DNA from: an uncultured bacterium
GTDB taxonomy: Bacteria > Bacillota_I > Bacilli_A > RFN20 > CAG-826
Assembly: GCA_949299165.1 (NCBI GenBank)
Contig: CASFZJ010000002.1
Span: forward strand, 4,924 to 68,923
Direction of reading: 5' to 3'
Length of the DNA stretch: 64,000 nt
Below the pieces are notes generated by a model. It worked only from the letters and a program-made list of their open reading frames with translations. It was not told where the DNA came from and made no database searches. A program made the translations under genes and the position numbers. Within the stretch, counting starts at the first letter, position 1. Every line of letters begins with the position of its first letter. This document shows positions 38,155-48,226 of this stretch, piece by piece.

Positions 38155-41130
38155 TTAAGGCTGAATAGGATTTCCTATATACAAAACATAATTCTTTAAA
38201 ATCATGAATAAGTCAACTGGATTATTGCCATCAGTTGAACCAGAAGCATTAAATATTCTTCCAGTTGTGCTACTACCACTATATTCATAATAAGCAATAG
38301 TTTGCCCAGTAACTGCATCAATAATTGGATAAGTTCTGGCAATCTTGTTGTCTGTGGTTAAATTAAAATAGTCATTTAAAGCTTTTAAGAAAGTAACATT
38401 CGGATTTTTGACATCATTTTCATTTGTAGTAAGCATCTCACCAAGATAAGTTTGGCCTTCCCAGATTAATGTCTTTTTTGTATAACTTCCTTGTGGTTCA
38501 CCAGTAATCAAGTCGTCCCCGGTTTGTTTATGGCTTACAAATGTTTTGCTTTCTTCGTCGCTAACTTTGAATTCAAAAGTACCAGGATTTTCATCAAATA
38601 GTTTAATAAAACTATTTGTGTGACGATTGATGTACATGTTGTAAACTCTAACAGTATTGCCATTAGGGCGTTGATAACTACCATTTGATACAAGCATAAT
38701 GTCATAAACTCCACGAGAGTAGAAATCTTTAAGTTTAAAGCCTTGTCTTTCTATAGTAGTTGTTGATCCATCGCTATTTTTAATAGTTCCAGTAGCATTC
38801 GCATTTTGAATAAACATGTCTTCTGATTTATCAACAATCGTGTTTTGGGAATAAAGCTCTATAGTTACTCCATCAGCTACTTCGTAAGATACATAATTAT
38901 TTGGAATAGAAAGACCACCTAAGTTCTTATCATTCCCATAATCATCAAAATTAGTTACAACATGCAATGAATCGTTAATGTATTGATTCGAGAATCTAAT
39001 TTGGAAATAAAGATGATTAACATATCTAAAGTCTGCGTTTTGAATGATATAAACATATGGGGAAGTAATTGTACGTTTGGTTGATTCTATTTGATTTCCA
39101 TTATCATCTTTATTATATGTTTCCACTCCACTGGCTATAACAAAGTTATCAGCGTTAATCATACCATTATGAATGCTTTCATCAATTGCGTTCCAATCTT
39201 GATCGGCTGTAGGAACGCCTTTTTCATCTTCTTTAATATCAATATTAGAAACAAGTCTCATGTTGGTGACTTTTTCGAGGTAGAGAGCAATAGGACGTTC
39301 TTGATAAGATGATTTTAAATCTAAACTATTGCACATATCTTTATAGTAATCGCCACTACCTATATTAGAATAAGTTAAAAGATTTTTCTCTCGAAGTTGG
39401 GTAAAAGCGCTATCCGCACTAACAGCATAATTGCCAATAGCACTTAAATTTTGCCATTCTTGTGTTTTTTCCTTAGGGAAATCTCTAGTATTATAATCGC
39501 TATTGTTACCTATAAAGAAATAGAACGTGTATAAGCCTTCACCATATCCATCAATAAAATCGTCAATTTGAGCAGAAGTTATTGTAAATTGTTGATACCA
39601 AGTTCCGCTAAATTCTCTATCATATGATGGACAAATATAAAAAGTTATAGATTCATAGTAATTTTTCTTTAACTCGAGATTTTTTAAAACAGCATAATTT
39701 ACATCATAATGAGCGGTTCTCCAATCTTCAATAACCGGCCCCGGCCAGGCATCATATTGAAAGGAATACTTATCAGAACAAGTATCACTAGAATAAGTTA
39801 ATTTTGTATTAATTGTAGCTTTTTCAACAGTAGGCACATTATTTTTATAAACATATTCAGCTTTAATCGCATCTCTGGCGCCTTCATTTAAATTTTTTGT
39901 AGTTGTATTTTTTCCATTACTAAAAACAGGATAAAGTCTTATAACACCATTTTCATCATATGAATCAGGATTTTGCATAATATCGAAAATGTTATCGACG
40001 TCTTTTGCGGTAAATCCATTTACAGCTGTTGTATAAGTCGATGCACTATTCAAATTATAAGTCCAAACATTAGATGTGAAATCAAAATAACCGTTATTAT
40101 CAAAACTAGCATTTAATAAGGTTGGCAAAATCTCACTTAAAGTGTCGGGAGTTAAATTGCCATTAACGGTAATTTTAATTGGTAAATATCTACTCCCACC
40201 AGTAAAATCACTAGGGATAAGATTCATATTATTTGAGTCTTCCCTATCATAAAAACTAGTCCAAAAGCCAAAACGATCGTTACGATATTGTCTTCTTTTT
40301 TGGAATTGTTCTTCATATCTTGTCTTATAACCATAATTGTCATTTTCTTCAGCAGAAAATAAATCTGATTGCGAACCATTAATAAATTTTTTTACTTGAC
40401 TATTTAATGGATCAGTCATACGAGCAATATGAAATTCATCAGTCGGAAAATTTAAATCAATTGAATAAGTATCGTTACCATAAATAGGCGAAAAAAATTC
40501 TTGTTTTTTATTAAGACCAGAATAATTCCCCTGAGAAGCACTATTAAAACTAGGATGATTAATAACGTATGGGTCGTTGCGATGATAAGACTGATTTTCT
40601 ACACCAGTATCTCTATTGAGAGTACCATCAGGCGCCAAATAATAAATACGATTATAATTCAAACTACTCGCTAAAAGACCGTTATATGTCTCATATTGAT
40701 TAGAACCATTTTGTGAACTAAAACTATTTCCGTTAAAACTAACCCCACGTCTCCCATCTGTAACAATATCATACATTACATCCCCATTTTGATCTGTTCT
40801 AGGAATACCAAAATCATCAAGTACTACTTCGTTATAACCAAAAACATTTTCCGGATCAGTAATTCCATCATGATAAAATTCGTTATATAAAGTAGATGGG
40901 AAGAAAATATAGGTATAGGTTCTATTTAGATTGCGTTTGGCACCAAATTCATAGTTTTCCAATATGTTATCAGCAAAGACTTCATCATCACTTCCCGTAG
41001 TTGTTGAGTTTTCGATAATGACTTCGTCTTTTGCTCCTTTGCCAAGATAAAACATTGAAAAACCAGTTGCAATAGCTGCAACAAATGTAATACCAATTAA
41101 AGAAAATAATAATTTAAATTTGTTAAACAT
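38155..41130 (-). CDS. Large secreted/cell-surface protein (991 aa) of unknown function, last gene of the SipW/TasA-like operon
   Basis: The N-terminal hydrophobic segment with ATGFSMFYLG resembles the SipW-cognate signal class. N/S/T/Y-rich, no known domain recognised. Confidence 0.45.
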   Translation of the reverse strand: MFNKFKLLFSLIGITFVAAIATGFSMFYLGKGAKDEVIIENSTTTGSDDEVFADNILENYEFGAKRNLNRTYTYIFFPSTLYNEFYHDGITDPENVFGYNEVVLDDFGIPRTDQNGDVMYDIVTDGRRGVSFNGNSFSSQNGSNQYETYNGLLASSLNYNRIYYLAPDGTLNRDTGVENQSYHRNDPYVINHPSFNSASQGNYSGLNKKQEFFSPIYGNDTYSIDLNFPTDEFHIARMTDPLNSQVKKFINGSQSDLFSAEENDNYGYKTRYEEQFQKRRQYRNDRFGFWTSFYDREDSNNMNLIPSDFTGGSRYLPIKITVNGNLTPDTLSEILPTLLNASFDNNGYFDFTSNVWTYNLNSASTYTTAVNGFTAKDVDNIFDIMQNPDSYDENGVIRLYPVFSNGKNTTTKNLNEGARDAIKAEYVYKNNVPTVEKATINTKLTYSSDTCSDKYSFQYDAWPGPVIEDWRTAHYDVNYAVLKNLELKKNYYESITFYICPSYDREFSGTWYQQFTITSAQIDDFIDGYGEGLYTFYFFIGNNSDYNTRDFPKEKTQEWQNLSAIGNYAVSADSAFTQLREKNLLTYSNIGSGDYYKDMCNSLDLKSSYQERPIALYLEKVTNMRLVSNIDIKEDEKGVPTADQDWNAIDESIHNGMINADNFVIASGVETYNKDDNGNQIESTKRTITSPYVYIIQNADFRYVNHLYFQIRFSNQYINDSLHVVTNFDDYGNDKNLGGLSIPNNYVSYEVADGVTIELYSQNTIVDKSEDMFIQNANATGTIKNSDGSTTTIERQGFKLKDFYSRGVYDIMLVSNGSYQRPNGNTVRVYNMYINRHTNSFIKLFDENPGTFEFKVSDEESKTFVSHKQTGDDLITGEPQGSYTKKTLIWEGQTYLGEMLTTNENDVKNPNVTFLKALNDYFNLTTDNKIARTYPIIDAVTGQTIAYYEYSGSSTTGRIFNASGSTDGNNPVDLFMILKNYVLYIGNPIQP

Positions 41131-41145
41131 TTAATCATTACTCCT

Positions 41146-41928
41146 TTATATATAAGAGAAATAGCTAACTAAACGAATTCTAAATTCCCATTTGCCTTCA
41201 CTAGATGCATGAGATAAAGCATAAAACTTATCAAAATCTAATGGTTTCTTATCAGTGTTTTCATAACGTAAGAATTGATTTAAAGCAACTGAGTATTGAA
41301 TGTATTTTGTCTCATATGGTGTTTCACCACTAGAAACAGGAAACTGATCATTTCCTTCAGTGATTTCAAAATTAAGAGTAGTTTCAGCATATGATTCATT
41401 ATCAGTAATAAAGAAATAATAATCACCTTGGTTATTAATTTGTCGATAACCATAATTTGGATTTCTTAAGTTACTAGATATTTCTAGATAATCTTCCATT
41501 GGTTGACTTTGATCACCATTAGTAAGTAAATCAAACGCAATCCCAACATGTAATTTTAAACCAGTAACATTTTCATCAACTAAATCAGGATCTTCATAAT
41601 AATATCTAAAGATAAATGTTGAATCGGTGTCGGTTGTTGTTAAATCGTTTTGTTCATCGACAACTTTATTTGTATAAAAAGTGATTCCATCAAATAAACT
41701 AGATTCTCCAAGTGTTCCTTCTGAAAATACTAAAAGAGATGGGGATTGAACAATAACAAATGTGCCATCTTCAACTAAATTTGTAACTTTAACTTCGTTG
41801 CTAACTTTGTCGTTGGCTTTAGGAAGATCGCCATTAAAAGCCCATAAAGCAAAACCAGTTCCAATTATTGTCGCAACTCCAAGCGGCGCTACAACTAGCC
41901 CTATTAATTTATAAGGAGAAAACATCAT
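41146..41928 (-). CDS. TasA/camelysin-like secreted protein (SipW-cognate signal peptide)
   Basis: N-terminus LIGLVVAPLGVATIIGTGFALWAFN matches the TasA-type signal pattern (hydrophobic core, GxG, AxF); 260 aa. Confidence 0.5.
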   Translation of the reverse strand: MMFSPYKLIGLVVAPLGVATIIGTGFALWAFNGDLPKANDKVSNEVKVTNLVEDGTFVIVQSPSLLVFSEGTLGESSLFDGITFYTNKVVDEQNDLTTTDTDSTFIFRYYYEDPDLVDENVTGLKLHVGIAFDLLTNGDQSQPMEDYLEISSNLRNPNYGYRQINNQGDYYFFITDNESYAETTLNFEITEGNDQFPVSSGETPYETKYIQYSVALNQFLRYENTDKKPLDFDKFYALSHASSEGKWEFRIRLVSYFSYI

Positions 41929-42983
41929 ATTTTCTCCACCACCCTTTTCATTTTCTTGCTTCTGATATCAAGAATAACTTTTTTCGCATCAATCTCTTTA
42001 GCGATTTCTTGAATACGTTTGTCGTAAGCTTTTTCGATGCAGCTTTCAGTTATTTGATAAGATAATAAGAATAAGAATGCAGCAAGTATTGCGATTAAAC
42101 CAATATTGCTTTGAACATATATAATTAAGACACCAAGTCCATAGTTTTCAAATCCATTAAATTCACCAACAATTTGATCAAAATCAACGACAAGTTCATA
42201 ACCTAGTGATTCAGTGTTGGCATCACCTCTAAACATATAAGTTGTAATGCCAGTTTCTGGATTAGTATAAATTCTAATTAATCTATGAATGATTAAAACA
42301 CCATCGTTATTTTTGAAACCATAAATGTTATAGAGTTTCATTTCGCTTTGTTCGTGAACTCTGTTTAATCCAATTAAGGAATATTGAGTAATTTGATCTT
42401 CAGGATCAGTTAAGCCTTCATCAAATAAATAATCATTTTCTTCATTTGCCGTTTCCATTGATCCTGTTAAAACTGTAACAAGCGTTGTATCACCAATATA
42501 AACTTCTTGATTGTTCAAGCGGAAAGTTAAAGCGACTGCAAAGAAACAAAGGAAAATAACATAAAAAATAGCGAAGAAGACATTAGACATAACTTTATAT
42601 TTCTTTGATTTTCTTTTTTCTTCAAAGATTGCTTCTAGAACAGTTGTTGGTTCGCTAGGTTGCTCAACTTGTTTTTCACCAACAAGGACGAACGTTTTTA
42701 CGTTTTCCATATCTTGAAGCATTACATAATCAGGTTCATTAGCATTTTTAAAATGTTCAACATCTGAAATTTTTAAATCTTCTTCAGCTCTTTTCTTTAT
42801 AATATCTTTATATTTTTTTCTTAAACTATCTTCTAATTTCTTGTCTTCATGACCATATGAAATATGTTTGACTTTGTAAAATCCATAAATAGCAAAAAGA
42901 ATAGCAAACATTAAAGCTAATCCAATAATGACTGCTATTGATACATAAAAAGCTACATTACCTAATATTTCTTGGCCAGACAT
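41925..42983 (-). CDS. SipW-like type I signal peptidase (archaeal/ER-type S26B) with an approximately 150-aa N-terminal extension
   Basis: Catalytic boxes VLTGSMET (SGSMEP-like), IIHRLI (box D, THRV-like) and FRGDANTE (box E). TM anchors at both ends; overlaps the downstream gene start (ATGA). Confidence 0.65.
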   Translation of the reverse strand: MSGQEILGNVAFYVSIAVIIGLALMFAILFAIYGFYKVKHISYGHEDKKLEDSLRKKYKDIIKKRAEEDLKISDVEHFKNANEPDYVMLQDMENVKTFVLVGEKQVEQPSEPTTVLEAIFEEKRKSKKYKVMSNVFFAIFYVIFLCFFAVALTFRLNNQEVYIGDTTLVTVLTGSMETANEENDYLFDEGLTDPEDQITQYSLIGLNRVHEQSEMKLYNIYGFKNNDGVLIIHRLIRIYTNPETGITTYMFRGDANTESLGYELVVDFDQIVGEFNGFENYGLGVLIIYVQSNIGLIAILAAFLFLLSYQITESCIEKAYDKRIQEIAKEIDAKKVILDIRSKKMKRVVEKI

Positions 42984-43067
42984 CTAATAAATCCTTTAAT
43001 AGATATTGAAATGTATGGGACATGGAGTCCCATACATAAGTTAGTTAAATAAAGTTAATGAGAATAA

Positions 43068-43919
43068 TTAAGCACCTGGTGTCAAATCTGCAACTAAACC
43101 AATTGAATAGTTGATAACAAAATGTTCACCCACAGGTTTATTCACAGTTAAATCGTGAACCATTGCATTATATTCATAAGTTGTTGTTGGTTTACCGCCA
43201 GTTAAATAACCGCCCTCGTCTGTTGTTTTTTCTTTATATGTAAGATAAGAATTTACTAAACCACCATTTTCTTCTGCTTCTTTTGTAGCGACATCCATTG
43301 TTAAAGTCCAAGTATCACTAGTTTCTGTAGTGTAATATTCTAAACTTGGATAGTATACGTAAGAATAGGTAGTATAAACATCGCCTTTTGTTTCATCTGT
43401 AATGCCGAATTTCACATCAGTTCCGAAACCTTCTACAATTCTTGTAACGCTAAATTCAGCATCTTGATTAACTTCAACATACTTTAATAAAGGATTTGAA
43501 ATTTGAATATCAACTCTAATTTCAATCTTTAATTCGTTTGCTTTTAATCTTGCTAAATTTAATGTTGCATCATCATAAGTAGCATCAATTTTTAAATCAA
43601 AGGCAGTTTGTGCTGTGGCATCAGTTGCGTCAGCATAATTTGTAAAGAAAATACCTCTATCTGTGTAATTACCTGCATTAACATCTGCACCGCCTTGATC
43701 TAAGACTAATTTAGTGCCTTCTTTAACATCACTTGCATCATTGAGAACAATTTCTAAATTACTTGTTGTAATTGTATCGCCGAAATCAACAGCGATGCCG
43801 TTTTTTCCATCATCGCCAATGACTGTATCACTAAAATACCATGCACTAAAACCACTACCGACGAGTGTTGCGCATCCAACGATAGGTAAAACTACTGCTA
43901 AAAATTTTCTTTTCATCAT
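43068..43919 (-). CDS. TasA/camelysin-like secreted protein (SipW-cognate signal peptide), first gene of the operon
   Basis: N-terminus MMKRKFLAVVLPIVGCATLVGSGFSAWYFSDTV closely follows the TasA/CalY signal consensus (...LVGGGTxAxFxD); 283 aa, T/D/Y-rich. Confidence 0.55.
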   Translation of the reverse strand: MMKRKFLAVVLPIVGCATLVGSGFSAWYFSDTVIGDDGKNGIAVDFGDTITTSNLEIVLNDASDVKEGTKLVLDQGGADVNAGNYTDRGIFFTNYADATDATAQTAFDLKIDATYDDATLNLARLKANELKIEIRVDIQISNPLLKYVEVNQDAEFSVTRIVEGFGTDVKFGITDETKGDVYTTYSYVYYPSLEYYTTETSDTWTLTMDVATKEAEENGGLVNSYLTYKEKTTDEGGYLTGGKPTTTYEYNAMVHDLTVNKPVGEHFVINYSIGLVADLTPGA

Positions 43920-43994
43920 AAATTTTCCTCATTTCTATTTCTGCTAATAATTTTAATGAAATTAAAAACTTTCAAAAATATTAAAAAGTAAAGA

Positions 43995-44002
43995 GGGGGG
44001 GG
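43995..44002. repeat. G8/C8 homopolymer tract in the promoter region of the SipW/TasA-like operon
   Basis: Eight consecutive G's 76-83 bp upstream of the operon start. This is exceptional in a 28% GC genome and a typical slipped-strand phase-variation substrate. Confidence 0.7.
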
Positions 44003-44010
44003 CACTTCTT

Positions 44011-44050
44011 ATTGCAAAGTTTTTGCAATTATTATGAATAAGTTTGCAAT
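44011..44050. promoter_or_regulatory. Putative operator: ATTGCAA-N5-TTGCAAT inverted repeat plus a third TTTGCAAT copy in the divergent promoter region
   Basis: Perfect 7-bp inverted repeat at 44011-44029 and a direct copy at 44043-44050, between the divergent operon start (43919) and gene start (44275). Confidence 0.4.
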
Positions 44051-44274
44051 TTTCATATTTTTCAAAATTTACTCCCTTTAATCTTTTAAATTTCTTTACA
44101 ATTTGAGGTCAAAATTAATTAATTTTTTAGAATTTAATTCGACAAGTGTTGACCTAGATTTTCTCTTTTCTTCTTAGAAGAAAAAATAACACTATTCTAA
44201 TATTAAATTTACTACCATATATCCATAATAAATTGACAGATCACTTTTTTTGATACACTTTTTTAAAGCAAGAT

Positions 44275-44910
44275 ATGGCACACTATTTCAAACACTTTCA
44301 CACAATTATGAAACATAAATGGTTAGTAATGGTTCATTCATTTAAATGTGGTATTCCTCTAAGAGGAATACTTCATGATTTAAGTAAGTTTTCACCAAGT
44401 GAATTTATTCCTAGCGCTAAATACTACAATGGCCATTACTCTCCAATAGTTAACGAAAGAAGAAATAAAGGATTATATTCAAGTGTTTTTACTCACCACA
44501 CCAATCATAATAAACACCATTTTGAATATTGGATTTCTGAATATAAAGGCGATTTTGTTTTAAAAGCGATGCCATATAAATATGCACTTGAATATGTTTG
44601 TGACATGATTGCTGCAAGTAAAACCTATCTTGGTAAAGAATATAAAAAAGATGAACCTCTTAAATTCTTCTTGTCTCGTTATGACCACTATTTAATGCAT
44701 TCAGCAACCAAGGAATTTGTCAATACTTTGTTAACTAAATATGCCGAAAAAGGATTTAAATCCATCAAGAAAAAGGAAACTAAGAAAATATACGAAAATA
44801 TTTCCAAAAAATTTCCAAATAATGAATATATTCGTTGCTATTCGTTAAATAATGAATTTATAAAGGAAGAAATAAACCAAGAATTTATAAAGAAACAGAA
44901 TGAAAGGTAA
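44275..44910 (+). CDS. His-rich conserved hypothetical protein (possible metal-binding, DUF5662-like)
   Basis: 211 aa with H-clusters (HFH, ILHDLSKF, THHTNHNKHH). Family assignment is from memory only. Confidence 0.35.
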   Translation: MAHYFKHFHTIMKHKWLVMVHSFKCGIPLRGILHDLSKFSPSEFIPSAKYYNGHYSPIVNERRNKGLYSSVFTHHTNHNKHHFEYWISEYKGDFVLKAMPYKYALEYVCDMIAASKTYLGKEYKKDEPLKFFLSRYDHYLMHSATKEFVNTLLTKYAEKGFKSIKKKETKKIYENISKKFPNNEYIRCYSLNNEFIKEEINQEFIKKQNER

Positions 44911-44918
44911 GTATAAAT

Positions 44919-45680
44919 ATGGATAAGAAAACAAGAAAATTTAATGAGTTGAAGCTTTTAAGAATTTTTAAAAATAATCGCTCATATGCACTAAATTTTA
45001 TAAGACGCAGCCTTGCTCATCTTTCAGAAGAAAAAATAAAAGATGAACTTGATATACATGGAAATATTCCTGACATAAAAGAGCCAAAATTTACTTTTGA
45101 TGAACTTATCAATAAATTAGATTCACTTGGCACAATAAAAGCTAAGAAAACAATTCACTACGAATATTATGATTCAGGCGATGAAATCTTAACTACTATT
45201 GATTTTAAAAATAAAAAGGATGAAAAGTTAATTTACGGCGCCTTAGATTATATTAAATATGCATATAAAATCTCAGAATATAAAAATGTGATTATATTAT
45301 TTAAAAAACTTAAATCACTATCATTAGATGCTAATGTTTATCAAGAATTTAGCAAAAAATTATATTCTCAAGAGCTTACCAATTTAATCGATTTAGATAT
45401 TTTAGATTTAGACATATATCTTCCTTTGCTTTTAATAAGTATCATAAGATCAAAAGATGTTGATTCAATTAAAATGTTATTTCGCCTTGATTTAAACAAC
45501 AATACTTTTTCTTTATTAGAAGAAGATGATAAAGTTGTTTTAAATGAACTTATTGAAAAATACTTTGAGATCGCTCTAAATAACAAAGTAACTAATCGCG
45601 CAAAATATACATATTACTTGATTCAAGAATATCTTAAAAATGGTTATCTTGAAGATGAAGAATTAATATTTGCCAATTAA
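44919..45680 (+). CDS. Hypothetical protein
   Basis: 253-aa ORF, acidic C-terminus, no motif recognised. Confidence 0.35.
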   Translation: MDKKTRKFNELKLLRIFKNNRSYALNFIRRSLAHLSEEKIKDELDIHGNIPDIKEPKFTFDELINKLDSLGTIKAKKTIHYEYYDSGDEILTTIDFKNKKDEKLIYGALDYIKYAYKISEYKNVIILFKKLKSLSLDANVYQEFSKKLYSQELTNLIDLDILDLDIYLPLLLISIIRSKDVDSIKMLFRLDLNNNTFSLLEEDDKVVLNELIEKYFEIALNNKVTNRAKYTYYLIQEYLKNGYLEDEELIFAN

Positions 45681-45704
45681 TTTAACTTAATAAAAAGCTA
45701 CAAG

Positions 45705-45736
45705 TCTACCACTTAAGTAAAACTTGTAGCCAATTA
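45705..45736. terminator. Bidirectional terminator-like hairpin between convergent genes
   Basis: Perfect 8-bp stem CTACAAGT/ACTTGTAG with a 16-nt loop and flanking A/T runs. Confidence 0.4.
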
Positions 45737-45754
45737 TAGAAATAAATAATTTAA

Positions 45755-46801
45755 TTAGAGAGTTTTAACAACCTTTTTCTCTTCTTTTTCCTTTTGTCTC
45801 TCTAATTCGGCTTTTTGGAAATTATATCCATCTAAGCAAGCATCTTTAATGTCGTAAAGACATTTAAAACCAAGTTCATTTTCTGCTTTTTCAGTTGCAG
45901 CGTAGTTAATTGGTACATCTCCTGCTCTACGAGGAGCAAATTTATAAGGAATTTTGACTCCTGTTGCTTCTTCATAAGCGTGGATAACTTCAAGAACGCT
46001 TGTCCCTTTTCCTGTGCCTAAGTTATAAATAACTAAACCAGGATTTGTTTCAAGTTTTCTCAAAGCTAATACGTGACCTCTTGCAAGATCTACAACGTGA
46101 ATATAATCTCTAACGCCAGTTCCATCAACTGTTTCATAATCATTACCATAGACACTTAATTCCTTTAAAACACCAACGGCGACTTTGTTGATATATGGTA
46201 ATAAATTATTTGGAATACCATTTGGATCTTCACCAAGTAAACCAGATTTATGTGCACCAATTGGGTTAAAGTATCTAAGTATAGCAATGTTCCGCTCTTT
46301 ATGGATGAAAGCCATATCTTTTAAGATTCTTTCAATCATGACTTTAGTTTCGCCATATGGAGAAGTTGCATCTTTTACAGGTGAATCTTCAGTTAATGGG
46401 ACTCTATCTGGTAAGCCATAAACTGTGGCGCTTGATGAAAAAACAAAATTTCTAACATCATATTTTTCCATCGCTCTAAATAAAGCAAAACAGATATCAA
46501 GATTATTTTGGTAATAATTTAAAGGTAATTTAACGCTTTCACCAACTGCTTTATATCCTGCAAAATTGATGATTGCATCAAAATGTTCATTTTTAAATAA
46601 TTCATCCATGTCACTAACACTTGTACAATCAAGTTTATAAAATTTAGGTCTTGTGCCTGTTATTTTTTCAATTCCATCGAGTGCGTCCATTTTTGAGTTA
46701 TAAAGATTATCAACAATCACTACTTCGTATCCATTTTCAAGTAAAGAGACGACAGTGTGAGAACCAATAAATCCAAGTCCGCCAGTAACTAAAACTTTCA
46801 T
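45755..46801 (-). CDS. galE: UDP-glucose 4-epimerase
   Basis: 348 aa, N-terminal GGLGFIGSH Rossmann motif, YxxxK catalytic pair; full-length GalE-like. Confidence 0.85.
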   Translation of the reverse strand: MKVLVTGGLGFIGSHTVVSLLENGYEVVIVDNLYNSKMDALDGIEKITGTRPKFYKLDCTSVSDMDELFKNEHFDAIINFAGYKAVGESVKLPLNYYQNNLDICFALFRAMEKYDVRNFVFSSSATVYGLPDRVPLTEDSPVKDATSPYGETKVMIERILKDMAFIHKERNIAILRYFNPIGAHKSGLLGEDPNGIPNNLLPYINKVAVGVLKELSVYGNDYETVDGTGVRDYIHVVDLARGHVLALRKLETNPGLVIYNLGTGKGTSVLEVIHAYEEATGVKIPYKFAPRRAGDVPINYAATEKAENELGFKCLYDIKDACLDGYNFQKAELERQKEKEEKKVVKTL

Positions 46802-46816
46802 AAATTCCTCCTTTAA

Positions 46817-47461
46817 CTATCTATTACTAAGTTTTTTTGCTTCCTTATCTAATATTTTCTTTTCAAGAAGTTTTTCCTTCTTGTCTTCTTTTAAGGCAGA
46901 AGAAGGTAAAACAGTTTCGCTAAGATAATTCATAATTGAATCAGCGATGATCTTTTTAGTTGAACTTTCAATATAAAGTCTTAAAGCTTTGTTTGCTAAT
47001 TTTTTTGAAAAGTCTTCTTCGCTAAGTGATTCATGAAGATTTTTAATCTCTTCTTTTAAAGGAGAGCTAGTTCTCATTACGGACTCTTCTTCAAGCTCTT
47101 TACAAAAAGTGTATAACTCTTCTTTATTTCCAGAATAAGCTTTATCAAAAGAAAATAAAGAAGCGATGTTTTTTAGTGAAGTTATGTTTTTAAGTAGACT
47201 AATAAATAAAATGTAGCCAATTTGTTCATTTGTATAATGTTTATCAATTGGTGAAGAAACAATTTTTGCCTTAACATAATTATTAATCATATAATTAGTG
47301 ACTAAATTGTTATCGTCATTATAAAAAGGAGCCAAAATTTCATTTAAATAGTTAATTGTTTCTTCCATTTTGATATTATTTGGAATTTCTAAATAATTTG
47401 GAAGTTTATATCCATTTAAAGTATCAAGATAATCGATTAAATCTTCAAGTTTTTGCTTCAT
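46817..47461 (-). CDS. Hypothetical protein
   Basis: 214-aa ORF directly upstream of galE; no motif recognised. Confidence 0.35.
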   Translation of the reverse strand: MKQKLEDLIDYLDTLNGYKLPNYLEIPNNIKMEETINYLNEILAPFYNDDNNLVTNYMINNYVKAKIVSSPIDKHYTNEQIGYILFISLLKNITSLKNIASLFSFDKAYSGNKEELYTFCKELEEESVMRTSSPLKEEIKNLHESLSEEDFSKKLANKALRLYIESSTKKIIADSIMNYLSETVLPSSALKEDKKEKLLEKKILDKEAKKLSNR

Positions 47462-47749
47462 CTTTTTATTCTACTACATTTGGGTAAAGAATATAAGGTA
47501 GCGAAATTAATCACGAGGTGCTTTTCTTGAAGACTATTCCGAGTAAGAAGTAGCAAATAATGAATTAAAGTCACTTATACTTTTGGTCTCTGAATTTCTT
47601 TGCTTTTTGAACAAATAATTAGAAAATAATTCGAGATTTGCATGGTTTTTGCTTTAAATTAAGCAATTATTGAAACGAAAATAGGAAAAATAAAATGAAA
47701 ATTTATCTTGAGCCAAACTGCTCTTAACAAGAATTCATTTTGTGAAAAA

Positions 47750-48226
47750 TTAATGTCCATAATATCTTTTAACAACTTCGATAAGTTCTTTATCTGTAAT
47801 TTTTTTCGTAATAGTTTTATTAGATTTTTTCAAAATCGAAAACATTTTAATATTGTTTTTTTCAAAAATTTCAAATTCTAAATAAAAATCACCAATTTTT
47901 TCATATTCTAATTGAATGCTATTTCTCGCCGTAGGAAAAATATCTGGCTGTGAATCTAATTTATCAATAATTGTTCTTGCATATTCAACTAATTCTTTTG
48001 AAAATCGTTTGGCTCCATATTGATTCCAATTATCACTTAAACTAGCAATCCTATTTAGCGTTTCATAACTTTGAATCTTACATAAATCAATATTTCTTGT
48101 ATCAAAATTTTGTTTTGGACTATTATCGGTGCCAACAGAATTAGGAATAATATCAATATTATTAAATGAATAAGAAAAGTTGCGATTATTTTTTGAATAA
48201 TCTGATGCTGATAGAATTAGATTCAT
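47750..48226 (-). CDS. Cassette gene B1 (unknown function; paralog of 54648-55130)
   Basis: 158 aa. Shares a conserved block with B2 (NWNQYGAKRFSKELVEYARTIIDKLDSQPDIFPTARNSIQLEYEK...LEFEIFEKN versus NRNGYGAHSFDKKTIQRFLSIINFLEIQPKISPTGRKTLVLAYEK...LSFEIFENK). Its start overlaps the A1 stop (ATGA). Confidence 0.5.
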   Translation of the reverse strand: MNLILSASDYSKNNRNFSYSFNNIDIIPNSVGTDNSPKQNFDTRNIDLCKIQSYETLNRIASLSDNWNQYGAKRFSKELVEYARTIIDKLDSQPDIFPTARNSIQLEYEKIGDFYLEFEIFEKNNIKMFSILKKSNKTITKKITDKELIEVVKRYYGH

